Both the position numbers and the translations under genes were made by a program. This document shows positions 21,773 to 34,558 of a DNA stretch of 63,860 bases, in pieces. Source of the stretch: a bacterium (GTDB taxonomy: Bacteria; Actinomycetota; Thermoleophilia; RBG-16-64-13); contig JAZDLO010000235.1 of NCBI GenBank assembly GCA_043801935.1, forward strand, positions 1 through 63,860. Reading direction: 5' to 3'. The notes beneath the pieces are model-generated. The model had not been told where the DNA came from and did no database searches. It was given only the letters and a program-made list of their open reading frames with translations. Within the stretch, counting starts at the first letter, position 1. Each line of letters opens with the position of its first letter.

Positions 21773-23117
21773 TCAGAGTGGGATAGGGGTTCACCGCCGC
21801 ACCGCCCCCGGGGTGTATCTCGAAGTGCAGATGGACCGCGCCGCCGCTGGCGTTCCCCGTGTTTCCCGCATAGCCGATTACTTGGCCGGCCGTCACCCGA
21901 TCCCCCTTGCCGACGCCGCTCTTGATCGATGACAAGTGCGCATAGTAATAGGTGTTGCCGTTATCGCCCTTAAGCCAGAGCGTGATGCCTCCCAGGCCCG
22001 AGTTCGTGGGGTTGGTGCTGCGGATGACCCCATCGACCACGGCGACAAGCGGAGTGTCGCGGGCGGTCATGATATCGGTGCCCTTGTGACTCCGTCCGCC
22101 CGAGCGTGGCGCCCCCCAGGTGTCGACGAAGCTGTTAGGTCCTTGCACGGGGAATACCCACCCGGCGCTTTTGTCGACGACAGGATCGGCCGCCTTGGGC
22201 TGCGTGGTCCCGCTCGAAGTGCCGCTGGTGGTGTTGGTGGTCTTGGCCTTCGTGGTGGCGGTGGCCGCCTTCTGCTTAGCTGCTGCCTCCTTAGCTGCCG
22301 CGGCTTTGGCTGCCGCGGCCTTGGCTGCCGCCTCTTTGGCTGCCGCCTCTTTGGCTGCCGCGGCCTTGCGCGCCTCCTCTTGGCGCCTACGCTCCTCCTC
22401 TTGAAGCGCCGCTACCCGAGCCCGGAGGTTATTGTAGTCGTCCTTTGAATCCTCCAAGGCCTGGAGCGTCTCCTCGGTGGCTGCCGCGAACTTCGCGGTT
22501 TCTTCTTGCTCCGCGGCCTTCGTGTCATTGAGTTCGGCGGCGAGCTGATCCAGCTCCGCGAGCCTGTCCCGGACGTCCGCCACGAGCTGACTGTCGTTCT
22601 GGGCGACGTGGCTCACCATGGCCAGCCGCTCGACGACTGCTCCCAGAGACATGTCGTCACCTGAGAACACCGCGCTCAGTACGTTCAGGGTCTCTGACCC
22701 CCGGTTCTTGTAGATCTCAGCGAGCCGGTCTCCGAGCCTGGCCTGAAGCTCGGCTAAGCTCTTCTGAGCTTTCTCCGTCTTGGCCTGCACCTCTTCGATG
22801 CGCATGCGCGTCTTCTCGAGACGGGTCTCGGCGTCGGCCTGTTTTTGGGCCAGTTTGTCCAGTCGAGCCTGCTCTGCCTTCAGCTCGGCCTTGGCTGCCG
22901 CGAGCTCCTCCTGGGCCGCCGCAAGGCTGGACGACGCGGCGGAAGCGGGACCGGGACCGAATACTTGTGAAGGGAGGACTGCGGCGAAGAGATTGCCGAA
23001 GAGTGCTGCGACCATCACCCATGCGGCGAGATGCGCTGCTCGTGACCTCAGGGCTGCGGATAGTCCTTGCGCCCGCAAAGAACCCGCGGCGCCCTTCCGT
23101 TTTACGTCAGGCGACAT
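21759..23117 (-). CDS. M23 peptidase with long coiled-coil (EnvC/PcsB-like) and N-terminal anchor
   Basis: HKGTD, YYYAHL, HLHFE, VNP; start set to ATG 23117, 7 nt after TAAACT. Confidence 0.9.
   Translation of the reverse strand: MSPDVKRKGAAGSLRAQGLSAALRSRAAHLAAWVMVAALFGNLFAAVLPSQVFGPGPASAASSSLAAAQEELAAAKAELKAEQARLDKLAQKQADAETRLEKTRMRIEEVQAKTEKAQKSLAELQARLGDRLAEIYKNRGSETLNVLSAVFSGDDMSLGAVVERLAMVSHVAQNDSQLVADVRDRLAELDQLAAELNDTKAAEQEETAKFAAATEETLQALEDSKDDYNNLRARVAALQEEERRRQEEARKAAAAKEAAAKEAAAKAAAAKAAAAKEAAAKQKAATATTKAKTTNTTSGTSSGTTQPKAADPVVDKSAGWVFPVQGPNSFVDTWGAPRSGGRSHKGTDIMTARDTPLVAVVDGVIRSTNPTNSGLGGITLWLKGDNGNTYYYAHLSSIKSGVGKGDRVTAGQVIGYAGNTGNASGGAVHLHFEIHPGGGAAVNPYPTLIKYR
22276..22365 (-). 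repeat. Six 15-nt tandem units encoding (A/E)AAAK in the M23 linker
   Basis: Six units of type TT(A/G)GCTGC(C/T)GCnnCn; peptide [30 protein letters not shown]. Confidence 0.9.
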
Positions 23118-23269
23118 GCCAGGCAGTTTACCAGGGGAGGGCGACGGCTGCCACGCTGCCGCCGGGATCGGAACTACTGCGGCGGCTCTCGCCCCCGGGG
23201 GCTTCAACCCCCAGGTATCCACGCTGCGGTATGCTGAATCCCTACGCTTCTCGCACAAGGAGGAAGAGA

Positions 23270-23761
23270 ATGCCGTCCTTCGACATAGTCAGCCGCGTCG
23301 ACATGCAGGAGATGGACAACGCGGCCAACCAGGTGAGGAAAGAGATCAGGACCCGTTTTGACTTCCGCGGTTCGAAGAGTCAGATCGATCTGGATCGCAA
23401 GGAAGCCAGGATCCAAGTCCTCACCGAAGATGAGATGAAGTTGCGGGCGATCCGGGACATGCTCATCGCCAAGGCGGTGCGGCGTTCCATCGAAGCCGAG
23501 GCGCTCGTTTTCGGTCCGCCCGAGAAAGCCGGAGGCGACATGGTCAGGCAGACCATCACGATAACCAACGGCATCGATGTGGAGACAGCGCGCAAAGTGG
23601 TCAAGCTGGTCAAGGAGACAAAGCTCAAAGTGCAGGCGGCGATCCAAGGCGACGAGGTCCGCATCATCGGCAAGAAGCGCGACGATCTGCAGGACGTGAT
23701 CAGCGCGCTGAAGGAGGCCGATCTGGGCATGCCTCTGCAATTCGTCAACTATCGGGAATGA
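23270..23761 (+). CDS. yajQ: YajQ-family nucleotide/cyclic-di-GMP-binding protein
   Basis: [39 protein letters not shown]; AAGGAGG RBS. Confidence 0.95.
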   Translation: MPSFDIVSRVDMQEMDNAANQVRKEIRTRFDFRGSKSQIDLDRKEARIQVLTEDEMKLRAIRDMLIAKAVRRSIEAEALVFGPPEKAGGDMVRQTITITNGIDVETARKVVKLVKETKLKVQAAIQGDEVRIIGKKRDDLQDVISALKEADLGMPLQFVNYRE

Positions 23762-23774
23762 AGAGGGCGGCTTC

Positions 23775-24527
23775 GTGAACGGGCAGCCGGCCGCGGGCGG
23801 GCACCCGCTCTTCTGGGGGGACGACCGCCTAGAGGGGATCCTCGAGTGGCCGGAGACGACTGAGGGGCGTGGGAGATCGGAAGAGCCCGCGCCCGGCGCG
23901 GTGGCCGGCGGAGTAGTGATCGCGCATCCGCACCCCCTCTATGGCGGCACCATGGCACAGCCGTTGGTGTATCGGGTCGCGCAGGCCTGCCTGAAGCACG
24001 GGATGGCCACTCTGCGCTTCAACTTCCGTGGGGTAGGTAGGAGTCGGGGGACATACAGCGGAGCGGAAGAGTATCGGGATGTGGAGGCCGCCGCCGCTTA
24101 TCTGCGGGGGGAGCTGGCCGGCTCGGCCGGGGATACGGGGCCCGGCGCGCACGAGCTACCGGTGGCCCTGGCCGGCTACTCCTTCGGTAGTGTCATGGCG
24201 GCCGTAGCCGCCGTGGGAGAGGTCCCGGTTCAGGCGTTGGCCCTTGTCGCCCTTGTCGTAGCGTGGGACGAGATGCCCCCTCAGTTCATCGAGAGGCTGG
24301 CCGCTTTCCGCGGGCCCGTGCTGGCCGTCTGTGGGGATCGCGATGATTTGGCGCCTCCGCGGGAAGCCGACCGGGTCTTACGTAAACTAAAGCTTGACTT
24401 TAGCTTGAGTGTAGTGCAGGGAGCGGACCATTTCTTCGAGGGCAGACAGCGAGAGGTGGGTGAGCGGGTCGCCGCCTTTCTGGATGCGGCCTTTGGTGGA
24501 CGCACGACTGCGCGCGGTGACTGGTAA
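23775..24527 (+). CDS. Alpha/beta hydrolase (COG2945-like)
   Basis: [23 protein letters not shown] nucleophile, GADHFF. Confidence 0.9.
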   Translation: MNGQPAAGGHPLFWGDDRLEGILEWPETTEGRGRSEEPAPGAVAGGVVIAHPHPLYGGTMAQPLVYRVAQACLKHGMATLRFNFRGVGRSRGTYSGAEEYRDVEAAAAYLRGELAGSAGDTGPGAHELPVALAGYSFGSVMAAVAAVGEVPVQALALVALVVAWDEMPPQFIERLAAFRGPVLAVCGDRDDLAPPREADRVLRKLKLDFSLSVVQGADHFFEGRQREVGERVAAFLDAAFGGRTTARGDW

Positions 24528-24627
24528 TGGAGCCCATCCGGTTAGTTTCGACCGGCGGTGGGTAGCATCCGGAACAGTCAGGTTCCCACGGGAGCCTCTT
24601 GGAGAAAGAGAACCGAGGAGAGTACGT

Positions 24628-25200
24628 ATGAACATGAATGGCTCGAAGACCGAACAGAACCTCATGAAGGCATTCGCGGGCGAGTCGCAGGCCCGCAACC
24701 GGTACACCTTCTATGCGAAGGTAGCGGCCGAGGAGCATTACATGCAGATCGCCAACCTGTTCCTGGAGACCGCGGACAACGAGCGGGCCCACGCGTTCAG
24801 CTTCTTCAGCTTGCTCGATGGGGGCATGCCGGAGTTCACGGCGTCGTATCCCGCCGGACCGGTCCACACGACCGCCGAAAACCTGCTTGCAGCCGCTGAA
24901 GGCGAGTTGGCCGAGTGGGGGACGCTGTATCCTGATTTTGCTCAGACGGCGGAAGCTGAAGGTTTTAAGAAGGCCGCGGTCACCTTCCGCAAGGTCGCTG
25001 AGGTCGAGAAGTACCACGAGCGCCGTTACCGGAAACTGCTCGCCAACGTCGAAGCCGGCAAGGTATTCCGGAAAGACGGCCCCATCCTCTGGAAATGTCA
25101 AGAGTGTGGGTATGTCCATGAAGGTGACGAGGCTCCCAAGGTCTGCCCGGTGTGCACCAAGCCTCAACCTTACTTCGAGATGTACTGCGAAGCGTACTGA
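24628..25200 (+). CDS. rbr: Rubrerythrin
   Basis: [12 protein letters not shown], ExxH di-iron motifs, C-terminal CQECG...CPVC rubredoxin domain; GAGGAG RBS. Confidence 0.95.
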   Translation: MNMNGSKTEQNLMKAFAGESQARNRYTFYAKVAAEEHYMQIANLFLETADNERAHAFSFFSLLDGGMPEFTASYPAGPVHTTAENLLAAAEGELAEWGTLYPDFAQTAEAEGFKKAAVTFRKVAEVEKYHERRYRKLLANVEAGKVFRKDGPILWKCQECGYVHEGDEAPKVCPVCTKPQPYFEMYCEAY

Positions 25201-25232
25201 TCGAGTCGAGCTAGGCACTCACCCGAAACATG

Positions 25233-25277
25233 GCGGGGCTCGGGGCGGGATGAACGCCCCGGGCCCCGCGTTCATTT
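25233..25277 (+). terminator. Probable terminator after rbr
   Basis: 15-bp GC stem GCGGGGCTCGGGGCG/CGCCCCGGGCCCCGC then GTTCATTT. Confidence 0.65.
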
Positions 25278-25367
25278 CGCGCCCAGGTGGTCGCTTGGGG
25301 GACAGGGCGGCCAAGCTCGATCTTTCGTCGTAGTGGGGCTCCGGATGGCGGCCCATATGCTGCGGCC

Positions 25368-26021
25368 ATGTCCGCTATCCCGACAAGACGGCTTTTCGTG
25401 TACATCGCCGCGGGTCTTGTGGTGCTCGTGGTCGGGACGCTCGGCGTGGTCTCGATGCGCGGCGGGTCGGCCGCTTCGGCCGATGGTGTCACTATCCTCG
25501 CGGGTGATCCAAACACAGTTGCGATCGCTGCCGGGAGCCCAGGGCTCTCGGCAGCGACGACGAGCACCACACAGACGCCCGTGATCTACGTTCAGGTGGT
25601 CGGAGCGGTGAGGCGTCCGGGCGTGTATCAGGTGGCTCCCGACGCCCGCGTCTTCCAGGCGGTTGTACAGGCCGGGGGCTTCACCGACGAAGCCGACCAG
25701 CAGAGCATTGCCCTGGCCGCTCGACTCACTGACGGCTGCAGGGTGTATGTCCCCCGAGTCGGTGAACCTGCCGTGGACCCGGTCGTGTCGCCCGCGCAGC
25801 AGGCCGAGGGCGCAGGAGAAGCGGCTACGGGCCCGGTCTCACTCAACACAGCCACCCTCGCCCAACTTGACTCTCTCCCGGGTATCGGTCCCGCGATCGC
25901 CCAGGACATCATCGCGTACCGGGAGGCCCGAGGCCCTTTCACGTCCATAGACCAGTTGACCGATGTTCCCGGCATCGGCCCGGCGAAGTTGGAGAAGCTC
26001 CGTCCCCTGGTGGGGCTCTGA
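25368..26021 (+). CDS. comEA: Competence DNA receptor ComEA
   Basis: TM anchor, SLBB domain (VVGAVRRPGVY), HhH LPGIGP/VPGIG; upstream of comEC. Confidence 0.92.
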   Translation: MSAIPTRRLFVYIAAGLVVLVVGTLGVVSMRGGSAASADGVTILAGDPNTVAIAAGSPGLSAATTSTTQTPVIYVQVVGAVRRPGVYQVAPDARVFQAVVQAGGFTDEADQQSIALAARLTDGCRVYVPRVGEPAVDPVVSPAQQAEGAGEAATGPVSLNTATLAQLDSLPGIGPAIAQDIIAYREARGPFTSIDQLTDVPGIGPAKLEKLRPLVGL

Positions 26022-26033
26022 TCGGTCAGCCGC

Positions 26034-28694
26034 ATGCCGGCCAAGCGCCATCGTGATCTGACCGGCCGGTTCGTTCGGCGGGTGGGGCTGGCGCGGACCA
26101 CGACGATCGCGGTCGCAGTCGGTCTTTCGCTCGCCGCCGTCGGCGGCGCGAGGCCCATGGTTGCGCTCATCGGTCTGATACTCGCTCTGTTAGGCGCCCT
26201 CGGGGGGCTCTTGATGTCGCGTCTTGTGTCTGCAGATGCAGACAGAGCTTCGCTCGTGGTCGTGGCTTCGGTGGTGCTGGTGGGGTTGTTCGGCGGATAC
26301 CTGGGGGGGAGCGCGCGGGTGATGGCGCTACTGGACAGCAGCCTCCAACGGCGGGTCGGAAGCACCATCACGGCGGAGCTGGTCATCACCGGCCAGGTAC
26401 GCTCCAGCGGCGGCTGGCAGAGTGCTGCCGCTGTCGTCAGGGGGCCGGGAGGCCTTTTCCCCGGATCGGGCGGCATCTCGGCCAGCGCAGCCGCCGCAAA
26501 GGGCGAAACCGTTCTACTCGAGATAGCCCCGACCGAAGGGCCGCCCGGTGTGACTCTGCGCCAGGGCCTGATCGTCGCTGTCGAAGGGACGATCCAGGCG
26601 CCGGAAGGGCCCTCTGCCTCCGGATTCGACCAGGCGGCCTACCTGCGGCATCAAGGCATACGGGTCGTTCTCAGCGCCGACGGCAGTGACATCAGCATCC
26701 TTGGACGCCGAGGCGGTATCTCAGGCTGGTTCGATCGGCTGCGGTCCTCTGCTCGGGCCCATCTCAGCCGGGGACCCGACGCGCGACTGGACGAGGTCCT
26801 GAAAGGGGTCGTCCTGGGCGAAACCGGCGGCATCGACAAGGGATGGCTTGAGGCTTTCCGACGCTCAGGGACGGCGCACATGTTGTCCGTCAGCGGCCTG
26901 CACGTGGCCAGCATCGCGGCCATCATGATCGGTCTCGCCAGGCTGGTGAGAGCATCAAGGGGGGTGGGTTTCTTGCTGGCAGCCGCGGCCGCCATTCTCA
27001 TGATCCCCTTCGTCGGGGCCTCCCCGCCCCTGGTCAGAGCGGCGGTAATGATCGTGGTCGTCTTGGCCGGCAGCTGGGCGGGAAGGCGGAGGGACCATTG
27101 GCAGGTGCTCGCTCTGGCTGCTGTCGTGGTGCTGGCGCTCAACCCGTTTGCCGTCTCTGACGTCGGATTCCAGCTTTCGTTTGCCGCTCTCGCCGGAATG
27201 CTCGCACTGGTCGGCCCTCTGCACAGGTCGTTGAAGCGTCTGCCAAGCGCTATCGGTTCGAATCTGGCGGTGTCTATCGCCGCGTCCCTCGGGACGGCCC
27301 CCGTCTCACTGTTGGTTTTCGACAGGACGTCTCTTATCGCGCCTCTGGCAAACCTGCTTGTCGTGCCCGTGTTACCGGTCATCACCGGGCTGGGGATGGC
27401 CGGCGTCTTTCTGGGATTCCTGTGGACTGGGTTCAGTACCGCGCTCGACACCCTGGCGGCCCTTCCCATGACTTGGGCGGTCCAGGTGTCCCGACTCCTT
27501 GCGTTCGCCCCCGTGCTGGACGTCCGCGATCTGGGCAGGGCCTTGCTAGCGGCGGGTGTAGGGGTCGCCGCGGTGCCGGCCGGCCTGGCCTTGACAGGCC
27601 GTGCGGTCGGCACCCCGTTCAACGTCCCCGTGCCGCTGTTCAAGCGATCCATCGGTTGGTTGCGCGCCCGGAGGCCGAAGAGTCGTCGTTGGGCCGTAGT
27701 GCTGGGAGTCGCGGTCGTGTTCGGTGGTCTTGCGCTCGGTGGCGTGGCCTACTCCCCACTCGTCCTCGGTCTGGAGACCGTGGCGACGCTAGCTCCGGGG
27801 AAAGGCTGGCCCGACCAGGTAGAGGTGCGGGTGCTGGATGTTGGGCAGGGGAGCGCAGTACTGGTGCGCACTCCTGGACATCGCGCTTTGCTCTTCGACG
27901 GTGGCCCAGCAGGTTGCGACCTGGCGCGACAGCTCCACACCTTGGGGGTGCGCAAGCTTGACCTCGTGGTGATATCGCACCCTCATGCAGACCATTTTGC
28001 CGGTCTGCTCGAGGCCGTCGACGGCCTCAAAATTGGTACGTTCGTCGACCAGACGGCTGTGGTGTCGGGCGGCCCCCCGGGAGGTTCTTCCGCACCCGGG
28101 ACAGTCCAGGGCCCGGCAGCGCGCACGACCAACGGGGCGCGGGAGGCAGCGGACTACCTGGAACTACGGAGACGCATCGCCATCAGAGGCGGCCGGCACG
28201 TCCAGGCCGGCACCGGGTCCTTGATCGATGTGGACGGCGTGGCGATACGGTTCTTCGCTCCCTCCCGGCCTGTGACTTTGGTCGACGGTCCCGATCCGTG
28301 GCAGGATCGATCCGGCCCTCCGACGGGGGACGAGTTGAACGACAGCTCTCTGGTGGCCGTACTCAGCGCAGGCAGTATCGAGGTTCTGATTCCCGGCGAC
28401 GCCGAGGCCGAGGTTCTGCAGGCCTACAAGCTTCCGCCCATCGACATCATCGTGGTGCCTCATCATGGCAGCCGGGGCGCGGTGTCGGGCAGGCTGTTGG
28501 AGGAATTGGAGGTGAAGGCGGCCTGCATCTCAGTGGGTGGGGGCAACTCGTTCGGTCACCCGGATCCCTCCACCATGTCGATGCTTCAGGCAGCGGTGGC
28601 CAGCGTGCTGCGCACGGATGAGGCGGGTTGGGTATCCTGTACCGTGAACGGGGATCGCGTGGTGCTGGCGACGGAAAGGAAACCCGGGCAGTGA
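26034..28694 (+). CDS. comEC: DNA uptake channel ComEC/Rec2
   Basis: GTAHMLSVSGLH, GFQLSF, many TM helices, MBL domain LDVGQG, SHPHADH, PHHGS, NSFGHP. Confidence 0.93.
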   Translation: MPAKRHRDLTGRFVRRVGLARTTTIAVAVGLSLAAVGGARPMVALIGLILALLGALGGLLMSRLVSADADRASLVVVASVVLVGLFGGYLGGSARVMALLDSSLQRRVGSTITAELVITGQVRSSGGWQSAAAVVRGPGGLFPGSGGISASAAAAKGETVLLEIAPTEGPPGVTLRQGLIVAVEGTIQAPEGPSASGFDQAAYLRHQGIRVVLSADGSDISILGRRGGISGWFDRLRSSARAHLSRGPDARLDEVLKGVVLGETGGIDKGWLEAFRRSGTAHMLSVSGLHVASIAAIMIGLARLVRASRGVGFLLAAAAAILMIPFVGASPPLVRAAVMIVVVLAGSWAGRRRDHWQVLALAAVVVLALNPFAVSDVGFQLSFAALAGMLALVGPLHRSLKRLPSAIGSNLAVSIAASLGTAPVSLLVFDRTSLIAPLANLLVVPVLPVITGLGMAGVFLGFLWTGFSTALDTLAALPMTWAVQVSRLLAFAPVLDVRDLGRALLAAGVGVAAVPAGLALTGRAVGTPFNVPVPLFKRSIGWLRARRPKSRRWAVVLGVAVVFGGLALGGVAYSPLVLGLETVATLAPGKGWPDQVEVRVLDVGQGSAVLVRTPGHRALLFDGGPAGCDLARQLHTLGVRKLDLVVISHPHADHFAGLLEAVDGLKIGTFVDQTAVVSGGPPGGSSAPGTVQGPAARTTNGAREAADYLELRRRIAIRGGRHVQAGTGSLIDVDGVAIRFFAPSRPVTLVDGPDPWQDRSGPPTGDELNDSSLVAVLSAGSIEVLIPGDAEAEVLQAYKLPPIDIIVVPHHGSRGAVSGRLLEELEVKAACISVGGGNSFGHPDPSTMSMLQAAVASVLRTDEAGWVSCTVNGDRVVLATERKPGQ

Positions 28695-29737
28695 GCGAGC
28701 AGGCCATCGGCGCCGACGACAGGTCGGGTTCGACGCGAAACGGGTCAGCTTCGATGCGACAGGGTCCCGTTTCCACGCGTCCTCCGCTGAAGCCTGCCTA
28801 TCTCATTCTGGGTGACGATCTGCCCAAGGTCGAGCTTGCCCTGCGCCGGCTGAAGGCGCGGATCGTGGAGCAGTCGGGTAGCGACCTCAACATCGACGAG
28901 TTCGATGCGGCGGTGGATGGCGGCATCGAAGTGGTCAACGCCGCAAACACCCTGGCCTTTCTCGGGGGGACCAGATTGGTGCTGGTGCAGCAAGTGCAGG
29001 CGTGGCTCAAGGCGGACAAAGAGGCAGTCGCCGCTTACCTGAGGTCGCCGGCTCCCGATGCCTGCCTTGCTCTCGTGGCAGAGAAGATCGCCCCGGGGGA
29101 TCTGCTGCGCACGACCATGGAGAAGCATGGCGAGGTACTCGAGTTCCCTGCTCCCAAAGAGGGACGATTGCCCCAATGGCTGACGCAGGAAGCAGGTCGG
29201 TTGCACCTGAGCCTGGGCATGGAAGAGGCTCGATTCATGGTCCAGCGCTGCGGAGACAACCAGAGCATATTGCTGCGCGAACTGGAGAAGCTGCAGATCT
29301 ACGTCGACGGCCGGACGGTCACCGGTGATGATATCCGCCTTCTCACCACCGCCACGGTCGAAGCGAGCATCTTCGACCTTCTGGACTCGCTCGCTTTGGG
29401 GAGGGGAGCGGCGGCCTTCTCGGCGGCCGACGATCTGCTGGCGTCCGGGGAGCGGACCGAGGTGCTGTTCTACCGCATCCTCCGTCACTTCCAGAACTTG
29501 AGCCGGGTGGCGGCCCTCAGAGACGAAGGCATGAGCCGGGAGGCGATCCAGGCCGAGCTCAAGATGAAGGCCTTCCCCGTGCGCAAGCTGGTGGAGCAAT
29601 CGGCCCTGCTGGGTGCAGACGGGATCGCCCACAGGCTCGCGGTACTCGCCGACACAGACGCCCGCATGAAGGGTCTGGGGGCTCTTCCTGCGGAGATGGA
29701 GCTACAGATGTGTCTCGGCCGGCTGTTGGCCGCGTGA
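28691..29737 (+). CDS. holA: DNA polymerase III delta subunit
   Basis: YLILGDD, FLG..RLV.V, ELEKL, IFDLLD; comEC-holA-rpsT order; GTGA overlap. Confidence 0.9.
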   Translation: MSEQAIGADDRSGSTRNGSASMRQGPVSTRPPLKPAYLILGDDLPKVELALRRLKARIVEQSGSDLNIDEFDAAVDGGIEVVNAANTLAFLGGTRLVLVQQVQAWLKADKEAVAAYLRSPAPDACLALVAEKIAPGDLLRTTMEKHGEVLEFPAPKEGRLPQWLTQEAGRLHLSLGMEEARFMVQRCGDNQSILLRELEKLQIYVDGRTVTGDDIRLLTTATVEASIFDLLDSLALGRGAAAFSAADDLLASGERTEVLFYRILRHFQNLSRVAALRDEGMSREAIQAELKMKAFPVRKLVEQSALLGADGIAHRLAVLADTDARMKGLGALPAEMELQMCLGRLLAA

Positions 29738-29766
29738 TTCGCGTACCGGCTCGGGCGGAACGGGCT

Positions 29767-30027
29767 CTAGAGTTGGGAGAGGAGCCGTGCCACCCTCGAC
29801 TTCTTGCGCGCCGCGTTGTTGTCATGAATAGCGTTGCGCGCCGCGGCCTTGTCGATGGTGGAGGTCAGCTTCTTGGCTGTTTGAGCAGCGGTATCGGCAT
29901 CGCCGGCGGTGATGGAGTCTTTCAGGCGCCGGAAGTGCGTCTTGATAGACGATTTGTAGCGCAGGTTCTCCAGTCGCTGCCTCTGAGCGATGCGCACTCG
30001 CTTACGCTGCTGCTTGGTATTAGCCAA
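29767..30027 (-). CDS. rpsT: 30S ribosomal protein S20
   Basis: MANTK...KR...N...KS.IKT, IDKAA...IH.N.AARKKSR; TTG start with GGAG RBS. Confidence 0.97.
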   Translation of the reverse strand: MANTKQQRKRVRIAQRQRLENLRYKSSIKTHFRRLKDSITAGDADTAAQTAKKLTSTIDKAAARNAIHDNNAARKKSRVARLLSQL

Positions 30028-30084
30028 TCTTCATTCCTCCCATCTTCCCTTAAAAGTCGCAGCAGTTTAGCATAGCCCTAGCTC

Positions 30085-31740
30085 ATGGGCAACGACACAA
30101 AGAGACGTCTGGCGGTCGCGGCCGCCTTTCTTGTGGCGGCGACTGCAGGTTCCCGGGTCTTGGGCTTGGTCCGGGAGATCATCATGGTCTCGTATCTCGG
30201 TCTGGGGCCGGACATGGGCGCCTTCACGGTAGCTTTCAAGGTCCCCAGCCTGGTGCGCACCCTGCTCGCCGACACTGCCCTTTCCGCAGCTTTCATCCCG
30301 GTCTTCTCCGGGCTGCTTGAGAAAGAGCGTCGTCGGGAGGCGTGGCAGGTCGCGTACACGGTCACCGTGCTCGCCACCGCCATCTTGGGCGTTGTCACGG
30401 TGTTGGGGATGATCTTCGCCCCTGCCGTGGTCAAGGTGGTGGCGCCGGGCTTCAGCGACGATCCCCAGATCGTCGCCCTGACCATTCATCTCATGCGGCT
30501 GATGTTCCCCACCGTGGTGATCCTCGGCATAGCCGGGATCTTCATGGGCGTCCTGAACTCCTACAACCACTTCACGCTTCCGGCGCTGGCGCCCATCGTG
30601 TGGAACCTCGTCATCATCGGAGTGGTGGTCGCCTTCTCGGCCGGCTACGGCTTCAAGGCCCTCGCCTGGGGCGTGCTCGTCGGCACGGTGGTCGAGCTAC
30701 TCATGCAGGTGCCGGCGGTCTGGAAGCGCCGATGGAGGCGGGAGGCCGGCTACAGCCCCGCGTCCGACGGCCCCCAGGTCGAGCGGGGCTCCCCCTATCG
30801 TCTGACGCTGCGCAGCCCCGAGGTGCGCCGGGTCGGCATCCTCATCGGGCCGGTGATCCTCAGCCTGGGGATCATCAACTTCAACGCCTTTATCGACACC
30901 GTCGTCGCCACGCTCATCAGCATCCCGGCTCCGGCCATCATCGATAAGGCGTTCCGCTTGTTCCAGTTGCCGCAGGGGGTGTTCGCCATCGCCATCGGGA
31001 CGGTGCTGTTCCCAGCTTTCTCGCGCAATGCCGCGGCAAAGCGCATGGCGGAGTTCCGCGAAGACCTGTCAACGGGTCTGCGCCAGATCTTCTTCGTGAC
31101 CCTGCCCTTCGCCGCATTCTTCGCGGTCTTGGCGCTTCCCACGGTGCGGCTCATCTACGAGCATGGCAAGGTCACAAGCAGTGACACCGCTCTGGTAGCG
31201 TCGGCCCTCACGTTCTTCAGCGTCGGCATGGCCTTCGTGAGTGTCAACACCTTGCTCAACCGGGCCTTCTACAGCATCCAGAAGCCGTGGTTGCCGCTGT
31301 TCACGGGCGTGATCAACCTTGCTCTCAACGCGGGACTCGACCTCCTCCTCTACAAACCCCTGGGAGTGGGCGGGATCACGCTCTCGACTTCGTTGGTCAG
31401 CTTGTTCAACTTCTTCGGGCTCATGTTCCTACTCGGCCCGCGCATCGGCGGGGTGGACGCCCGCGGCGTGGCTTGGTCGGCCGCCCGGTCGATCGCGGCG
31501 CTCATCCCGCTGGCGACAGTCGGATATGGCGTATGGTGGGGGCTCGACGCGGCCCTGGGCCGGTCGCTGTGGGCACAGATCGTTTCGGTGGGCTTGGCGT
31601 ACGTGCTCGGGGGGGCGACGTACTGCCTGGCCGCGTGGGCCATGCGCATGCCCGAACTGCGCGACGTCGTGCGTCTCATACGGCGGCGGCGCGAGCCGCG
31701 GGCGACGGAAGAGGTGATCGATCTCGAAGGTGGGGGCTAG
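30085..31740 (+). CDS. murJ: Lipid II flippase MurJ
   Basis: SRVLGLVRE, AF.VP...R, ALSAAFIP, RLFQLP.G.F, RAFYS; many TM helices. Confidence 0.95.
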   Translation: MGNDTKRRLAVAAAFLVAATAGSRVLGLVREIIMVSYLGLGPDMGAFTVAFKVPSLVRTLLADTALSAAFIPVFSGLLEKERRREAWQVAYTVTVLATAILGVVTVLGMIFAPAVVKVVAPGFSDDPQIVALTIHLMRLMFPTVVILGIAGIFMGVLNSYNHFTLPALAPIVWNLVIIGVVVAFSAGYGFKALAWGVLVGTVVELLMQVPAVWKRRWRREAGYSPASDGPQVERGSPYRLTLRSPEVRRVGILIGPVILSLGIINFNAFIDTVVATLISIPAPAIIDKAFRLFQLPQGVFAIAIGTVLFPAFSRNAAAKRMAEFREDLSTGLRQIFFVTLPFAAFFAVLALPTVRLIYEHGKVTSSDTALVASALTFFSVGMAFVSVNTLLNRAFYSIQKPWLPLFTGVINLALNAGLDLLLYKPLGVGGITLSTSLVSLFNFFGLMFLLGPRIGGVDARGVAWSAARSIAALIPLATVGYGVWWGLDAALGRSLWAQIVSVGLAYVLGGATYCLAAWAMRMPELRDVVRLIRRRREPRATEEVIDLEGGG

Positions 31741-31798
31741 GAGCGGCACGGGCCAGTCTTACCTGGCTCCGATTCTGTGACCAGCAGGCTGTAGGGCC

Positions 31799-31841
31799 TA
31801 AAGAAAGGGCGGCGTTTCAGACTGTATTGAAACGCCGCCCT
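31799..31841 (-). terminator. Intrinsic terminator for katG
   Basis: 14-bp stem AGGGCGGCGTTTCA/TGAAACGCCGCCCT; minus-strand tail TTCTTT. Confidence 0.85.
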
Positions 31842-31969
31842 CACATGTTGCTATAGCCTCCGTTGATCGTTCAAGACATGCGTCAGCTTGCGGCGGTCAT
31901 CGCTTTCTGATGATCCGATTTGCAGTTCATAATACGCTTCAGAAGCCCTCGAAGACGTCTATGCTACGG

Positions 31970-34395
<2,426 letters not shown>

Positions 34396-34558
34396 GGGGT
34401 TTCCTCGTCGATTTCAGTATGCGCCAGCACCCCCGCGTGTCCGCGTGACACCGGCGGGGCGTCCACTGCGCTACGCGAACGGGCCGCCAACGCGGCACCC
34501 GTCGCTCCCCTCACAGGGCGGGGCCACTAGGCTGACTGAGACTGTGTGAGTTGTCATA

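Noticed and set aside
23118-23269. c-di-AMP (ydaO) riboswitch before the M23 or NlpC/P60 genes
   Set aside because: The conserved ydaO blocks are not present in the right orientation; M23 looks leaderless and the NlpC leader is short.
34485-34556. attC site after the intI relic (minus strand TGACAAC...GTTGGCG)
   Set aside because: R boxes deviate from RYYYAAC/GTTRRRY and L-box pairing is unconvincing; would need an attC covariance-model search.
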